Part shown: piece after piece, positions 17,325 through 27,367 of the stretch | How the letters are laid out: each line of letters starts with the position of its first letter | Position numbering within the stretch: position 1 is the first letter of the stretch | Sequence record: SRR20825019_907 | DNA length: 54,341 nucleotides | Reading direction: 5' to 3' (one strand) | The notes under the pieces: generated by a model | What the model saw: the letters and a program-made list of their open reading frames with translations, nothing else | Told to the model about the DNA's origin: nothing | The model's database searches: none | Made by a program: the position numbers and the translations under genes

Positions 17325-20177
17325 TTAGGCCTCTATGTAATCTTCGATAGGTGCACAGGTACACATTAAATTACGATCCCCAAACGCCTCATCTGTTCTT
17401 CGTATACTTGGCCAAAATTTGTTTTCGGTAATATAAGGTAATGGGAAGGCCGCTTTTTCCCTGCTATATGGGTGCTCCCAAGAATCGCTGGTAACCATGG
17501 CCAATGTGTGGGGTGCATTTTTCAGGACATTGTCCGTCTCATCGGCAGTAGCCTCATCGATTTCTGTTCTGATGGATAACAAGGCATTACAGAAGCGGTC
17601 CAATTCTGCACGACTCTCGCTTTCCGTTGGCTCTATCATTAATGTTCCAGCTACGGGGAATGATACCGTTGGAGCATGGAAACCATAATCAATCAGACGT
17701 TTGGCAATATCGGTAACTTCAATGCCGTTGGCTTTAAATGGTCTGCAATCAATGATCATTTCGTGGGCGGCACGTCCTCTTTCGCCAGCATACAGTACAT
17801 CGAACTTACCTTTTAAACGGTCTTTGATGTAGTTGGCGTTGAGGATGGCAGCCTTGGTTGCATTTGTCAGTCCTTCTGAACCCAACATTTTAATATATCC
17901 ATAAGAAATCAAGCACACCAAAGAACTTCCCCATGGCGCTGATGAAATGGCTGTGATGGCATTTTCTCCCCCCGTAGGAATTACTGGATTGGTCGGTAAA
18001 AACGGTTTCAACTGCTCGGCCACGCAAATAGGTCCAACACCTGGTCCTCCGCCTCCGTGCGGAATGGCAAAGGTCTTGTGCAGGTTCAAGTGGCAAACGT
18101 CCGCTCCAATGGTTGCAGGATTGGTCAATCCTACTTGTGCGTTCATGTTGGCACCGTCCATGTAAACTTGTCCGCCGTTGTCGTGGACAAGTTTTGTAAT
18201 CTGTTTTATGGAGGATTCAAAAACCCCGTGAGTGGAAGGGTAGGTGACCATTAATGCAGCTAGGTTCTCCGCATGTTGATTCACTTTCTCTTCCAAATCG
18301 TTCAAATCGATATTTCCTTTTTCATCGGTTTTGGTCACGACCACTTTCATGCCTGCCATTACGGCCGAAGCAGGATTGGTGCCGTGGGCAGAAGCAGGAA
18401 TCAAACAGATGTTACGGTGTCCCTCTCCTCTGGATTCATGGTAAGCACGGATAACCATAAGCCCTGCATATTCACCTTGCGCACCTGAGTTGGGTTGAAG
18501 GGAGGTCGCAGAAAACCCTGTGATGACATTCAATTGTTCTTCTAAAGATTTTAAAACCTCTTGGTAACCTTCTGCTTGATTTAAAGGCACAAATGGGTGG
18601 ATGTTTCCCCATTCGCCCCAGCTCAATGGTAACATTTCCGATGCGGCATTCAGCTTCATTGTACAGCTACCTAAAGAAATCATGGATTGATTCAAGGCCA
18701 AATCTTTACGTTCCAATTTTTTGATGTAACGCATCAACTCAGTTTCGGAATGATAGGAGTTGAAGACTTCATGCTCCATAAACGGGGCTTGTCTTTGAAG
18801 GTTGGTCGGAATAGCTTCGTCCAATTGAACATCACTCAAAGATTTTTCATCTAAATCATGTGATTCCAAAAAGCAGGAGATCAAAGTTTCAACATCAGTA
18901 TTGGAAACGGCTTCGTTCAAAGAAATGGACACTGTACTCTCGTCAATGTAGTGAAGGTTGATGTCTTTGCTTTCAGCAACTTCTTTCAGTTTGTTGCTGT
19001 TTTTCACTTTCACCTCAACAGTATCAAAATAAGCACTGTTCATTTGTTCAAAACCATGCGCTTCCAAGACGCTGACCAACTTTTTGGTGTTATTGTGTAC
19101 TTTGTTCGCAATATATTTCAAACCTTCTGGTCCATGATATACGGCGTACATGCCCGCCATCACGGCCAACAGTACTTGGGCGGTACAAATATTTGAGGTG
19201 GCTTTGTCCCTTTTTATATGCTGCTCCCTAGTTTGTAATGCCATGCGGAGCGCTGGGTTGCCATCAGTATCTTTTGTGATACCTATGATACGTCCGGGAA
19301 TGCTTCGTTTGTACTCCTCTTTAGTGGCAAAGAATGCAGCATGTGGTCCGCCATACCCCAATGGAATCCCAAAACGCTGCGTGGTTCCCACCACGGCATC
19401 CACACCCCATTCACCCGGAGGGGTCAATAGGACCAAGCTCAAAATGTCGGCAGCAACGGCTACTTTAATTTCATTTTCCTTCGCTTTTTCAACAAAAGAT
19501 GCATAGTCGTTTACCTGACCATGTTTTCCCGGATATTGTAACAACGCACCATAGAATTCTTCTGAAAAATCAAAAGTCTCATGGTCACCGATTACAAGTT
19601 CTATCCCCAAAGGAATAGCTCTTGTTTCCAATAAGCTCAATGTTTGTGGCAATATTTCTTCGGAAACAAAGAATTTTACCGCACCGCTTTTTTTCTGTTG
19701 ACGGCTACGAAGCTCGAACAACATGTTCATGGCCTCGGCCGCCGCTGTACTCTCATCCAATAGCGATGCATTGGCAATTTCCATTCCGGTAAGGTCGCTT
19801 ACCATGGTCTGGAAATTTAAAAGCGCTTCCAACCTACCTTGGGCAATTTCAGCTTGATAGGGGGTGTAGGCGGTATACCATCCTGGATTTTCCAGAATAT
19901 TTCTTTTAATAACAGATGGGGTAAGCGATTCATGGTACCCCAATCCGATATAGGTTTTAAAAACCTTGTTTTTCTTGGCCAGTTCGTTCAGGTGGCTCAG
20001 GAACTCATGTTCACTGATACCTTCGGGAAGGTCCAATGGTTTTTTTAGTTTGATGTCATCGGGAATGGTCTCATAAATGAGCTGTTCCATACTTTCGACC
20101 CCAATGGTTTCGAGCATGTGGGGCAAGTCTCTTTCTGTGATGCCAATGTGTCTGGCGGCAAAAACCTCTGTGTTCAT
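17325..20177 (-). CDS. gcvP: Glycine dehydrogenase (glycine cleavage P protein)
   Basis: FAARHIG, YTAYTPYQAEIAQGRLE, HLNLHKTF (PLP Lys), PHGGGGPG, DRNLMCTC; ATG 20177 preferred. Confidence 0.96.
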   Translation of the reverse strand: MNTEVFAARHIGITERDLPHMLETIGVESMEQLIYETIPDDIKLKKPLDLPEGISEHEFLSHLNELAKKNKVFKTYIGLGYHESLTPSVIKRNILENPGWYTAYTPYQAEIAQGRLEALLNFQTMVSDLTGMEIANASLLDESTAAAEAMNMLFELRSRQQKKSGAVKFFVSEEILPQTLSLLETRAIPLGIELVIGDHETFDFSEEFYGALLQYPGKHGQVNDYASFVEKAKENEIKVAVAADILSLVLLTPPGEWGVDAVVGTTQRFGIPLGYGGPHAAFFATKEEYKRSIPGRIIGITKDTDGNPALRMALQTREQHIKRDKATSNICTAQVLLAVMAGMYAVYHGPEGLKYIANKVHNNTKKLVSVLEAHGFEQMNSAYFDTVEVKVKNSNKLKEVAESKDINLHYIDESTVSISLNEAVSNTDVETLISCFLESHDLDEKSLSDVQLDEAIPTNLQRQAPFMEHEVFNSYHSETELMRYIKKLERKDLALNQSMISLGSCTMKLNAASEMLPLSWGEWGNIHPFVPLNQAEGYQEVLKSLEEQLNVITGFSATSLQPNSGAQGEYAGLMVIRAYHESRGEGHRNICLIPASAHGTNPASAVMAGMKVVVTKTDEKGNIDLNDLEEKVNQHAENLAALMVTYPSTHGVFESSIKQITKLVHDNGGQVYMDGANMNAQVGLTNPATIGADVCHLNLHKTFAIPHGGGGPGVGPICVAEQLKPFLPTNPVIPTGGENAITAISSAPWGSSLVCLISYGYIKMLGSEGLTNATKAAILNANYIKDRLKGKFDVLYAGERGRAAHEMIIDCRPFKANGIEVTDIAKRLIDYGFHAPTVSFPVAGTLMIEPTESESRAELDRFCNALLSIRTEIDEATADETDNVLKNAPHTLAMVTSDSWEHPYSREKAAFPLPYITENKFWPSIRRTDEAFGDRNLMCTCAPIEDYIEA

Positions 20178-20303
20178 GTTCAATCCAATAAAGTGCACAA
20201 AATTAGGGATTAATTCAATCAAAATAGCCAATTTTGAAGGTCTCTAGGGTAAAGTTGTTAACCACCAATTAACCTTAGTAACAAGGCCTAATTTTTTATC
20301 CTA

Positions 20304-21128
20304 ATGCGGACCCTCAAAGCCATATTTGATTTTTACTTGGATGCCAGTATTCATGTGGCCATTGCTGTAATTTCTATGGCGGGCGTCACCTTCCATTTGT
20401 TGGGAAGTTCATCGGATATCAATCTAATGGGCTTTGTTTTTTTCAGTGTGATCGTTTGCTACAATTTCATTAAGTATGGTGTTGAGGCATACAAGTATCT
20501 CATCGTATCGAATGCCTACCACAAAGTGATTCAAATGTTCAGCTTTGTTTCCTTTGCTTTCGCGGTTTATTTTTTGCTGCAACTAAATAGGGATATTTGG
20601 ATAGCAACGGCTATTTTGGGAGTGTTGTCCGCGCTGTATGCCGTGCCTTTGTTGCCCAGTGCCAATAATTTAAGGAATTTGGCGGGATTAAAAATTTATA
20701 TCGTAGCCTTTGTCTGGGCTGGGTTTTCGGTCTTATTGCCTGTTTTGGATGCAGGAATAGAGTTGCATTGGGACTTTGCCGTAACATTTATTCAACGAAT
20801 GCTGTTGGTTCTGGTTTTGATATTGCCATTTGAAATCAGGGATTTACAATGGGATGACAAAAGTTTAAGGACATTGCCACAGGTCTTGGGTATAAAAAAC
20901 ACGACCAGGTTAGGTATCGGGTTAACCTTGATTTTTTTCTTGATGACTTTTCTGAAGGATTCAATACATCAAAATGAAATCGTATTACGGCTCATTTTGT
21001 CCGCAGCACTTATTTTTGTGCTTGCCTCAAAGAGGCGAATGCAGTCCAAATATTTTGTGATGTTCTGGGTGGAGGCTATCCCGATTTTTTGGTTTGGCCT
21101 ATTCTGGTGGACGGAGAATTATTTTTAA
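20304..21128 (+). CDS. Polytopic membrane protein, UbiA-prenyltransferase-like
   Basis: About 8-9 hydrophobic segments; LRNLAGLKI and PFEIRDLQWD...TLPQVLG motifs. Confidence 0.6.
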   Translation: MRTLKAIFDFYLDASIHVAIAVISMAGVTFHLLGSSSDINLMGFVFFSVIVCYNFIKYGVEAYKYLIVSNAYHKVIQMFSFVSFAFAVYFLLQLNRDIWIATAILGVLSALYAVPLLPSANNLRNLAGLKIYIVAFVWAGFSVLLPVLDAGIELHWDFAVTFIQRMLLVLVLILPFEIRDLQWDDKSLRTLPQVLGIKNTTRLGIGLTLIFFLMTFLKDSIHQNEIVLRLILSAALIFVLASKRRMQSKYFVMFWVEAIPIFWFGLFWWTENYF

Positions 21129-21355
21129 AGTTTCTCTTCCAATTCTCGCTTCATTTTTTTCTTGTCATCATCGGAGAGCATAGTCAGTCCAGCTCTATCA
21201 CACAACGAGGTCAACTCGCCATTCTTTTTGGAATAGCCACGACAAACCTTGCAATAGAGAAGGTGGAAACGAAGTTTTACAATGTCCCAAAAACTAGCTT
21301 CTTTGTACTGGGATTTGTCACAAATACATGATGCCTCTTTACATGAAATCTTCAT
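21125..21355 (-). CDS. Small zinc-binding anti-sigma factor (ZAS/zf-HC2-like)
   Basis: SCKEA...HLLYCKVC (HxxxCxxC); directly downstream of the ECF sigma; ATG 21355. Confidence 0.75.
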   Translation of the reverse strand: MKISCKEASCICDKSQYKEASFWDIVKLRFHLLYCKVCRGYSKKNGELTSLCDRAGLTMLSDDDKKKMKRELEEKL

Positions 21356-21357
21356 AC

Positions 21358-21912
21358 CTAAAACCAATTTTCGTTTAAACAACCCATAAGCGATGTCCTT
21401 GCCCTATGGATCATTACCCAAAGGTTGGACGGATTTATGTCCAGTTCATTACAAATATCCTCGGTGCTCATGCCTTGAATGGTCTTTAATTTAAAGGCCA
21501 AAGCCTGTTTTTGCGGCAATTTGGTGATGCAATCTTGAATAGCTGAACCCAATTCTTCATTTTCCAAAATATTGTCGCCATCTTTACTGAAGGGGTCCGC
21601 GACCTGTTGTTCCAGCCAGTCACCCTCTGCATCGGAATCGGAACTATAGTTGATTCGGACCTCTGCTTTGCCTTTTTTTGAATTGATTTTACGATAATGG
21701 TCGATGACCTTTCGTTTCAAAATAGAAACCAACCAAGTTCTTTCCGCAGCATCCCCTTTAAAGTTTTTGGCGGAATTTAAGCCTGCAAAAAAGGTTTCCT
21801 GAACCAAATCCTTGGCAATTTCGGCATCGCTCACGCGAGATACTGCGTAATTAAAGAGGTAGTCCGCGTACAGGTCGACCCAATTGTCCGGTTGAAGTTT
21901 GTGATTGGCCAT
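21358..21912 (-). CDS. ECF sigma-70 factor
   Basis: DLVQETF, TWLVSILKRKVID, region 4 EDICNELDINPSNLWVMIHRAR. Confidence 0.93.
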   Translation of the reverse strand: MANHKLQPDNWVDLYADYLFNYAVSRVSDAEIAKDLVQETFFAGLNSAKNFKGDAAERTWLVSILKRKVIDHYRKINSKKGKAEVRINYSSDSDAEGDWLEQQVADPFSKDGDNILENEELGSAIQDCITKLPQKQALAFKLKTIQGMSTEDICNELDINPSNLWVMIHRARTSLMGCLNENWF

Positions 21913-22016
21913 ATTCTTATCGAATTCCCAAATGTAATGGTTTTTTGGACATTTGATCCTGACATTGAAATCCTGTTAGACGAATAATCGTTGTGTTGCT
22001 GACAAAAAACATTGAA

Positions 22017-24044
22017 CTATTGATCGGCCTCCAAAAGTCCGGCGCGTTCCAACAATGCATTGACGTTCGGTTCGGCTCCACGGAATTTTATGTAGAGGTC
22101 CATTGGATTCTCTGTACCTCCTTTGGAAAGTACATTCTCCTTGAACTTATCCGCGACCATTTTACTGAAAATTCCGTTTTCCTTGAAATGGGCAAAGGCA
22201 TCTGCATCCAGAACTTCCGCCCATTTGTAGCTATAGTAGCCAGACGAATAACCTCCTTGAAAAATATGCGAGAATGATGTGCTCATACATGTTTCCGCTG
22301 TATCGGGGAACAAATTTGTGCTTTCAAAGGCTTCTTCTTCGTAGGCTTTTACATCCTTGATACCCGATGGGTCTTTTCCATGCCATGACATGTCCAATAA
22401 ACCAAAACTCAATTGGCGAACGGTAGCCATACCCTCTTGAAAAGTAGCTGATTCCTTTATTTTTTCTACCAGTTCCATTGGAATTAATTCACCTGTCTCA
22501 TAATGATGGGCGAAAAGTTCCAATGCTTCTTTCTCGTAACACCAGTTTTCCATTACTTGGCTGGGTAGTTCCACAAAATCCCAATACACCGAAGTGCCCG
22601 ATAGGCTAGGGTAGGTGGTGTTCGCTAGCATGCCGTGAAGTCCGTGACCAAATTCATGAAAAAGGGTCGTGACCTCATTAAAGGTGAGCAGTGAGGGCTT
22701 TGAACTTGTCGGTTTTGTAAAATTACAGACATTGGAAATGTGTGGTCTGCTATTTTCGCCATTTAAAATATACTGAGGTTTGTAGGAGGTCATCCAAGCA
22801 CCGCCACGTTTTCCTGCCCTAGGATGGAAGTCGGCATAGAACAAGGAAATAAATTCATCATTATCATATACTTCAAAAGTCTTGACTTCTGGATGGTATT
22901 TGTCCACGTTGTCCACTTCTTTAAACGTAAGCCCAAAGAGTTTTTCAGCAACTTTGAAAACCCCGTTGATAACATTTTCCAGTTTGAAGTACGGTTTCAG
23001 TTTTTCATCATCCAAATTGAAAAGCTTTTGCTTCAATTTTTCGGAGTAGTAGGCGCTGTCCCATTTTTCCAAACGGTCAATGTTGTCCAATTCCTTGGCG
23101 TATGCCTCTAATTCCGTAAACTCTCTTTCGGCTGCTGGTTTGGCTTTTTCCAAAAGTTCATTTAGGAAATCCAGTACTTTTTCGGGAGTTTCGGCCATGC
23201 GTTCTTCTAGAACAAAATCCGCATGGGTTTTATATCCTAGAAGATTGGCTCTTTCGTGACGAAGATTTACGATGCGTTTTACATTTTCCTGATTGTCCAG
23301 TTCATCACCGTGAAAACCCTTGCTGCCGAAAGCCATGGAAAGTTCCTTTCGCAATTCCCTATTCTTTGCGTATTTCATAAAAGGGATATAGCTCGGGTAA
23401 TCCAGCGTAATCATCCAGCCTTCTTTACCTTTAGATTCCGCCAATTGAGCGGCTGCCTCTTTTGTTCCTTCGGGTAATCCTTCCACATCTTTTTCATCCG
23501 TAAGGTGCATTTCGTACTTGTTGGTCTCGGCCAATACGTTTTCTCCAAATGTAAGCTTCAACTTAGAGAGTTCGGCATCGATTTCACGCAGACGTTTTTT
23601 ATTTTCTTCCTTTAAATTGGCCCCGTTTCTACTAAAATTCTTGTATTTCTTTTCAAGAAGCGTTTGTTGTTCGGTGGTCAAATCCAGAGAGTCACGTTGC
23701 TCATAAACGGCTTTTATCCTTGCAAAAAGACCTTCGTTCAAAGTAATATCGTTGCTGAACTCTGATAAAATAGGTGATACTTCCTGAGCTATTTTTTGAA
23801 TTTCCTCATTGGTCTCAGCAGAATTCAAATTGAAAAATATGCTGGAGATTCGGTCCAATTGTTGCCCGGAAAAATCCAAGGCTTCCAAAGTATTTTCAAA
23901 AGTTGGGGGTTCAGGGTTGTTTACAATGTCATCGATTTCTTTTTTGGTGTCCTCGATGGCCTGAAGAAAAGCAGGCTTAAAATGTTCGTTCTTTATTTTG
24001 GAAAAAGGAGCTTGGTTAAAAGGCTCCAACAATGGGTTGCTCAT
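22017..24044 (-). CDS. M3 family metallopeptidase (peptidyl-dipeptidase Dcp-like)
   Basis: KRGGAWM, FHEFGHGLH, WDFVELPSQ, GYSSGYYSYKWAEVLDAD; start MSNPLL at 24044. Confidence 0.93.
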   Translation of the reverse strand: MSNPLLEPFNQAPFSKIKNEHFKPAFLQAIEDTKKEIDDIVNNPEPPTFENTLEALDFSGQQLDRISSIFFNLNSAETNEEIQKIAQEVSPILSEFSNDITLNEGLFARIKAVYEQRDSLDLTTEQQTLLEKKYKNFSRNGANLKEENKKRLREIDAELSKLKLTFGENVLAETNKYEMHLTDEKDVEGLPEGTKEAAAQLAESKGKEGWMITLDYPSYIPFMKYAKNRELRKELSMAFGSKGFHGDELDNQENVKRIVNLRHERANLLGYKTHADFVLEERMAETPEKVLDFLNELLEKAKPAAEREFTELEAYAKELDNIDRLEKWDSAYYSEKLKQKLFNLDDEKLKPYFKLENVINGVFKVAEKLFGLTFKEVDNVDKYHPEVKTFEVYDNDEFISLFYADFHPRAGKRGGAWMTSYKPQYILNGENSRPHISNVCNFTKPTSSKPSLLTFNEVTTLFHEFGHGLHGMLANTTYPSLSGTSVYWDFVELPSQVMENWCYEKEALELFAHHYETGELIPMELVEKIKESATFQEGMATVRQLSFGLLDMSWHGKDPSGIKDVKAYEEEAFESTNLFPDTAETCMSTSFSHIFQGGYSSGYYSYKWAEVLDADAFAHFKENGIFSKMVADKFKENVLSKGGTENPMDLYIKFRGAEPNVNALLERAGLLEADQ

Positions 24045-24049
24045 AGTTG

Positions 24050-24448
24050 TTACTTCTGTTCTTTGTTTTTTAAACGTATCACGGCCCAATCACTCAACAA
24101 ATAGGCGAAACCGATAATGGATGAAATTACGGCCATGGTCAGTGGGGCGTAATTCCTAATGGTTGAACCATAGGTTTTTCTGTTCATGGCAGCAATGGCT
24201 TCTTCAGAATATTCGTTGAGGTCCACAAAACCGTTTCCGTTCAAATCGTACGTGCTGGCATAATCCGAAATAAATTGCCAACGTATTTCAATAAAAATCA
24301 ATAGTGCGGCATACATGGCAAATACCAAAAGACTGCTTTTCCATAGTCCTTTTACGTATGGATTGCGAAGTTTTGGCAGCGTGAAGCCAAAAAAGGCAAT
24401 GGCGCAAATCCCCAGCAGTATGCCAATTTGATTATAGTTCATAACCAA
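24050..24448 (-). CDS. Hypothetical 3-TM membrane protein with an EF-hand-like loop
   Basis: Three hydrophobic segments; DLNGNGFVDLNE; start may be 24442. Confidence 0.7.
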   Translation of the reverse strand: MVMNYNQIGILLGICAIAFFGFTLPKLRNPYVKGLWKSSLLVFAMYAALLIFIEIRWQFISDYASTYDLNGNGFVDLNEYSEEAIAAMNRKTYGSTIRNYAPLTMAVISSIIGFAYLLSDWAVIRLKNKEQK

Positions 24449-24460
24449 ACACGATTTTTT

Positions 24461-24952
24461 CTAAAAGGTTTTCTTTATCTCCTCTGCCCCTTTGATGACT
24501 TTTTCCTTTAGTCCCTCTTTATAGGAAATTATGTTGTCCATAATCTCGCTGTCGGAACTTCCTATGATTTGTGCCGCAAGGATACCGGCATTTTTTGCTC
24601 CGTTCAAAGCGACCGTAGCTACGGGAACGCCCCCGGGCATTTGCAAAATGGATAGGACGGAATCCCAACCATCAATGGAATTGCTGCTTTTTACTGGTAC
24701 TCCGATAACAGGGAGAGGAGATAACGATGCCACCATTCCCGGCAAATGTGCCGCTCCGCCGGCTCCAGCAATAATTACGGAGTAGCCATTGGTATGGGCA
24801 CTTTTGCTAAAACTGAACAATTTTTCGGGTGTTCTGTGGGCGGAAACAATATCCACGTCCACATCCACCCCCAATTCCTTTAATATATCGATGGCTTCTT
24901 GCATAACGGGAAGGTCACTTGTACTTCCCATAATTACGGCTACTTTGCTCAT
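24461..24952 (-). CDS. purE: N5-CAIR mutase
   Basis: MGSTSD, SAHRTP, AGAGGAAHLPG, QMPGGVPVATV. Confidence 0.96.
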   Translation of the reverse strand: MSKVAVIMGSTSDLPVMQEAIDILKELGVDVDVDIVSAHRTPEKLFSFSKSAHTNGYSVIIAGAGGAAHLPGMVASLSPLPVIGVPVKSSNSIDGWDSVLSILQMPGGVPVATVALNGAKNAGILAAQIIGSSDSEIMDNIISYKEGLKEKVIKGAEEIKKTF

Positions 24953-24955
24953 ACC

Positions 24956-26110
24956 TTATTTGCTTATCACTTTAATGGTTTCCTTTACCTGTTGGGCTAC
25001 TTCTCGGGCCCTGGCCATATTCTCGTCCACAATAGTCACGTGGCCCATTTTCCGAAACGGGCGGGTTTGTTTTTTGCCATAGATATGCGGTGTAACCCCG
25101 TCCATTTCCAATATTTTTTCAATGTTTTCATAGATCACATCGCCTGTATGTCCTTCTGCACCCACCAAGTTAACCATAATTCCTGCTACTTTGCTGTCGG
25201 TTTTTCCCAAAGGCAATCCCAGAATGGCACGGATATGTTGTTCGAACTGGTTGGTGTAGGCTGCTTCTATGCTGTAATGGCCACTGTTATGCGGTCGTGG
25301 AGCAGATTCGTTCACCAAAATTTGGTCGTCCTTGGTTTGGAACATCTCCACGGCCAGCAGTCCTACGTGCTTCATATGTTCCGAAACTTTTAATGCCACT
25401 TCCTGTGCTTTTTTGGCTACGGCATCATCAATCCGTGCAGGACAGATTACGTATTCCACCTGATTGGCTTCGGGATGAAACTCCATCTCAACCACGGGAT
25501 ATGTTTTTACCTCACCTTTTGAGTTTCGAGCTACCACAACGGCCAACTCATTTTTAAAATCAATCATTTTTTCGGCAATACACTCCACATTGGGCAGTTC
25601 TTTAAGGTCTTCCATCTTTCGTACGACTTTTACCCCTTGGCCGTCATACCCAAATTGAGCGCTCTTCCAAACAAATGGCAATGAAAGTCCGCCGTTGTTT
25701 ATGCTGTCCTCGATTTCCGATGTGTAGGCAAAGCGGGTAAAAGGAGCGGTTGGAATACCATGGTCGGTATAGAATAATTTTTGAACGGCCTTGTTCTGGA
25801 TGGTTCTTAATGTTTTGGTAGGCGGATATACGGTTTTGCCTTCGTGTTCCAACTTTTCAAGGGCGTCAACATTTACGTTTTCAATCTCGATGGTGAGCAC
25901 ATCTACATCTTTCCCAAAGGCGTAAACGGTGTCAAAATCCATCAAACTGCCCTGGACAAACTCGTTGCAGGCAATTTTGCATGGAGCTTCGGGAGAGGCA
26001 TCCATTACCTTGGTCTGAATATCCCATTTTCTGGTTTCGTAGAGCATCATTTTGCCCAATTGTCCACCACCTAAAATTCCCAATTTAAAGTCTGAAGAGA
26101 AAAATTGCAT
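24956..26110 (-). CDS. purK: N5-CAIR synthetase
   Basis: GILGGGQLG, GYDGQG, NESAPRPHNSGH, YGK...RKMGH; start MQFFSS at 26110. Confidence 0.95.
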   Translation of the reverse strand: MQFFSSDFKLGILGGGQLGKMMLYETRKWDIQTKVMDASPEAPCKIACNEFVQGSLMDFDTVYAFGKDVDVLTIEIENVNVDALEKLEHEGKTVYPPTKTLRTIQNKAVQKLFYTDHGIPTAPFTRFAYTSEIEDSINNGGLSLPFVWKSAQFGYDGQGVKVVRKMEDLKELPNVECIAEKMIDFKNELAVVVARNSKGEVKTYPVVEMEFHPEANQVEYVICPARIDDAVAKKAQEVALKVSEHMKHVGLLAVEMFQTKDDQILVNESAPRPHNSGHYSIEAAYTNQFEQHIRAILGLPLGKTDSKVAGIMVNLVGAEGHTGDVIYENIEKILEMDGVTPHIYGKKQTRPFRKMGHVTIVDENMARAREVAQQVKETIKVISK

Positions 26111-26194
26111 TGATTTGTAAATTGAATGTGGGCAAAAATACATGAAATCCACGAGGGTATAAAAGATGTAAGGTTTTAGGAGCTTTAAAAATAG

Positions 26195-26202
26195 TATCTT
26201 TG
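26195..26202 (+). promoter_or_regulatory. -7 promoter element for hpt-adk
   Basis: TATCTTTG upstream of the TTG starts. Confidence 0.55.
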
Positions 26203-26218
26203 CCAACCTGACCATAAC

Positions 26219-27334
26219 TTGAACACATTGATTAAGCTCCACGATAAAGTTTTTAAGCCCTATTTAAAGGAAGAGCAAATCCTTGCGGCCATTGATAAAA
26301 TGGCAAAGGAGATTGCAGCTGATTACAAGGATGAAACACCACTTTTTGTTGGTGTGCTCAACGGAGCTTTTATGTTTGTTGCCGATTTTTTGAAGGCCTA
26401 CCAGCACCCATGTGAGGTGTCTTTTGTGCGGTTGAGTTCTTATCAAGGATTGACCTCGACAGGCATTGTGGAAACACTGTTGGACGTTCCTGAAGAATTG
26501 GAGGGCAAGAGTGTAATTATTTTGGAAGATGTGGTGGATACGGGAAGAACCTTGAAAGAATTGGTTCATCTGTTTTCCAACACCAATGTAAAGGAATTTA
26601 AAATAGGGACCCTTTTTTATAAGTCGGACATTTATAATGGTGAATATGCCATAGACTATGTAGGTCTGGAAATTCCAGATCATTTTATTGTGGGCTATGG
26701 GTTGGACTATAACGAGTTGGGTCGAAATCTTAGAGAAGTTTACCAATTAAATCAAACAGATATGATCAACCTAGTGCTTTTTGGAAAGCCAGGAGCAGGG
26801 AAGGGAACCCAAGCAGGTTTCTTGAAAGAAAAGTATAATCTGAAACACATTTCCACTGGAGATGTTTTCCGTTACAACATCAAAAACGGAACAGACCTTG
26901 GTAATTTGGCCAAGTCTTACATTGATAAGGGGGATTTGGTTCCCGATGAGGTGACCATTGATATGCTGAAGGACGAGGTCGAAAAGAACCCAGATGCAGC
27001 AGGTTTTATTTTTGATGGTTTTCCACGTACCGCAGCTCAGGCAGAAGCATTGGACAATTTCTTGGAATCCAAGGATATGAAGGTAAATGCAACCATTGCT
27101 TTGGAAGCTGAGGACGATGTTTTGGTGGAACGTCTTTTGGAACGTGGTAAAAGTAGCGGCCGTTCCGACGATCAGGACGAAAGTAAAATCCGTAACCGTT
27201 TTGATGAATACAATGAAAAAACAGCTCCTTTAAAAGCTTACTACGAAAAACAAGGAAAATTCCACTCTGTAAACGGAATAGGTGAAATCGATGAGATTAC
27301 CCAGCGATTGAGCAAGGTAATCGATTCCCTATAA
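26219..27334 (+). CDS. adk: Fused hypoxanthine phosphoribosyltransferase / adenylate kinase
   Basis: N half: GVLNGAF, LSSY, LEDVVDTGRT, FIVGYGLDY (HPRT). C half from M at 26762: GKPGAGKGT, STGD, FDGFPRT, GRSDD (short-LID AK). No stop between them; TTG start at 26219 or 26228. Confidence 0.9.
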   Translation: MNTLIKLHDKVFKPYLKEEQILAAIDKMAKEIAADYKDETPLFVGVLNGAFMFVADFLKAYQHPCEVSFVRLSSYQGLTSTGIVETLLDVPEELEGKSVIILEDVVDTGRTLKELVHLFSNTNVKEFKIGTLFYKSDIYNGEYAIDYVGLEIPDHFIVGYGLDYNELGRNLREVYQLNQTDMINLVLFGKPGAGKGTQAGFLKEKYNLKHISTGDVFRYNIKNGTDLGNLAKSYIDKGDLVPDEVTIDMLKDEVEKNPDAAGFIFDGFPRTAAQAEALDNFLESKDMKVNATIALEAEDDVLVERLLERGKSSGRSDDQDESKIRNRFDEYNEKTAPLKAYYEKQGKFHSVNGIGEIDEITQRLSKVIDSL

Positions 27335-27367
27335 TTGATTTCCCAAAAGACTTTTTTATATTAGAAT

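Noticed and set aside
20178..20303. Glycine riboswitch upstream of gcvP
   Set aside because: A TAATTTTG promoter lies about 20 nt from the ATG, leaving no room, and no aptamer motif is visible.
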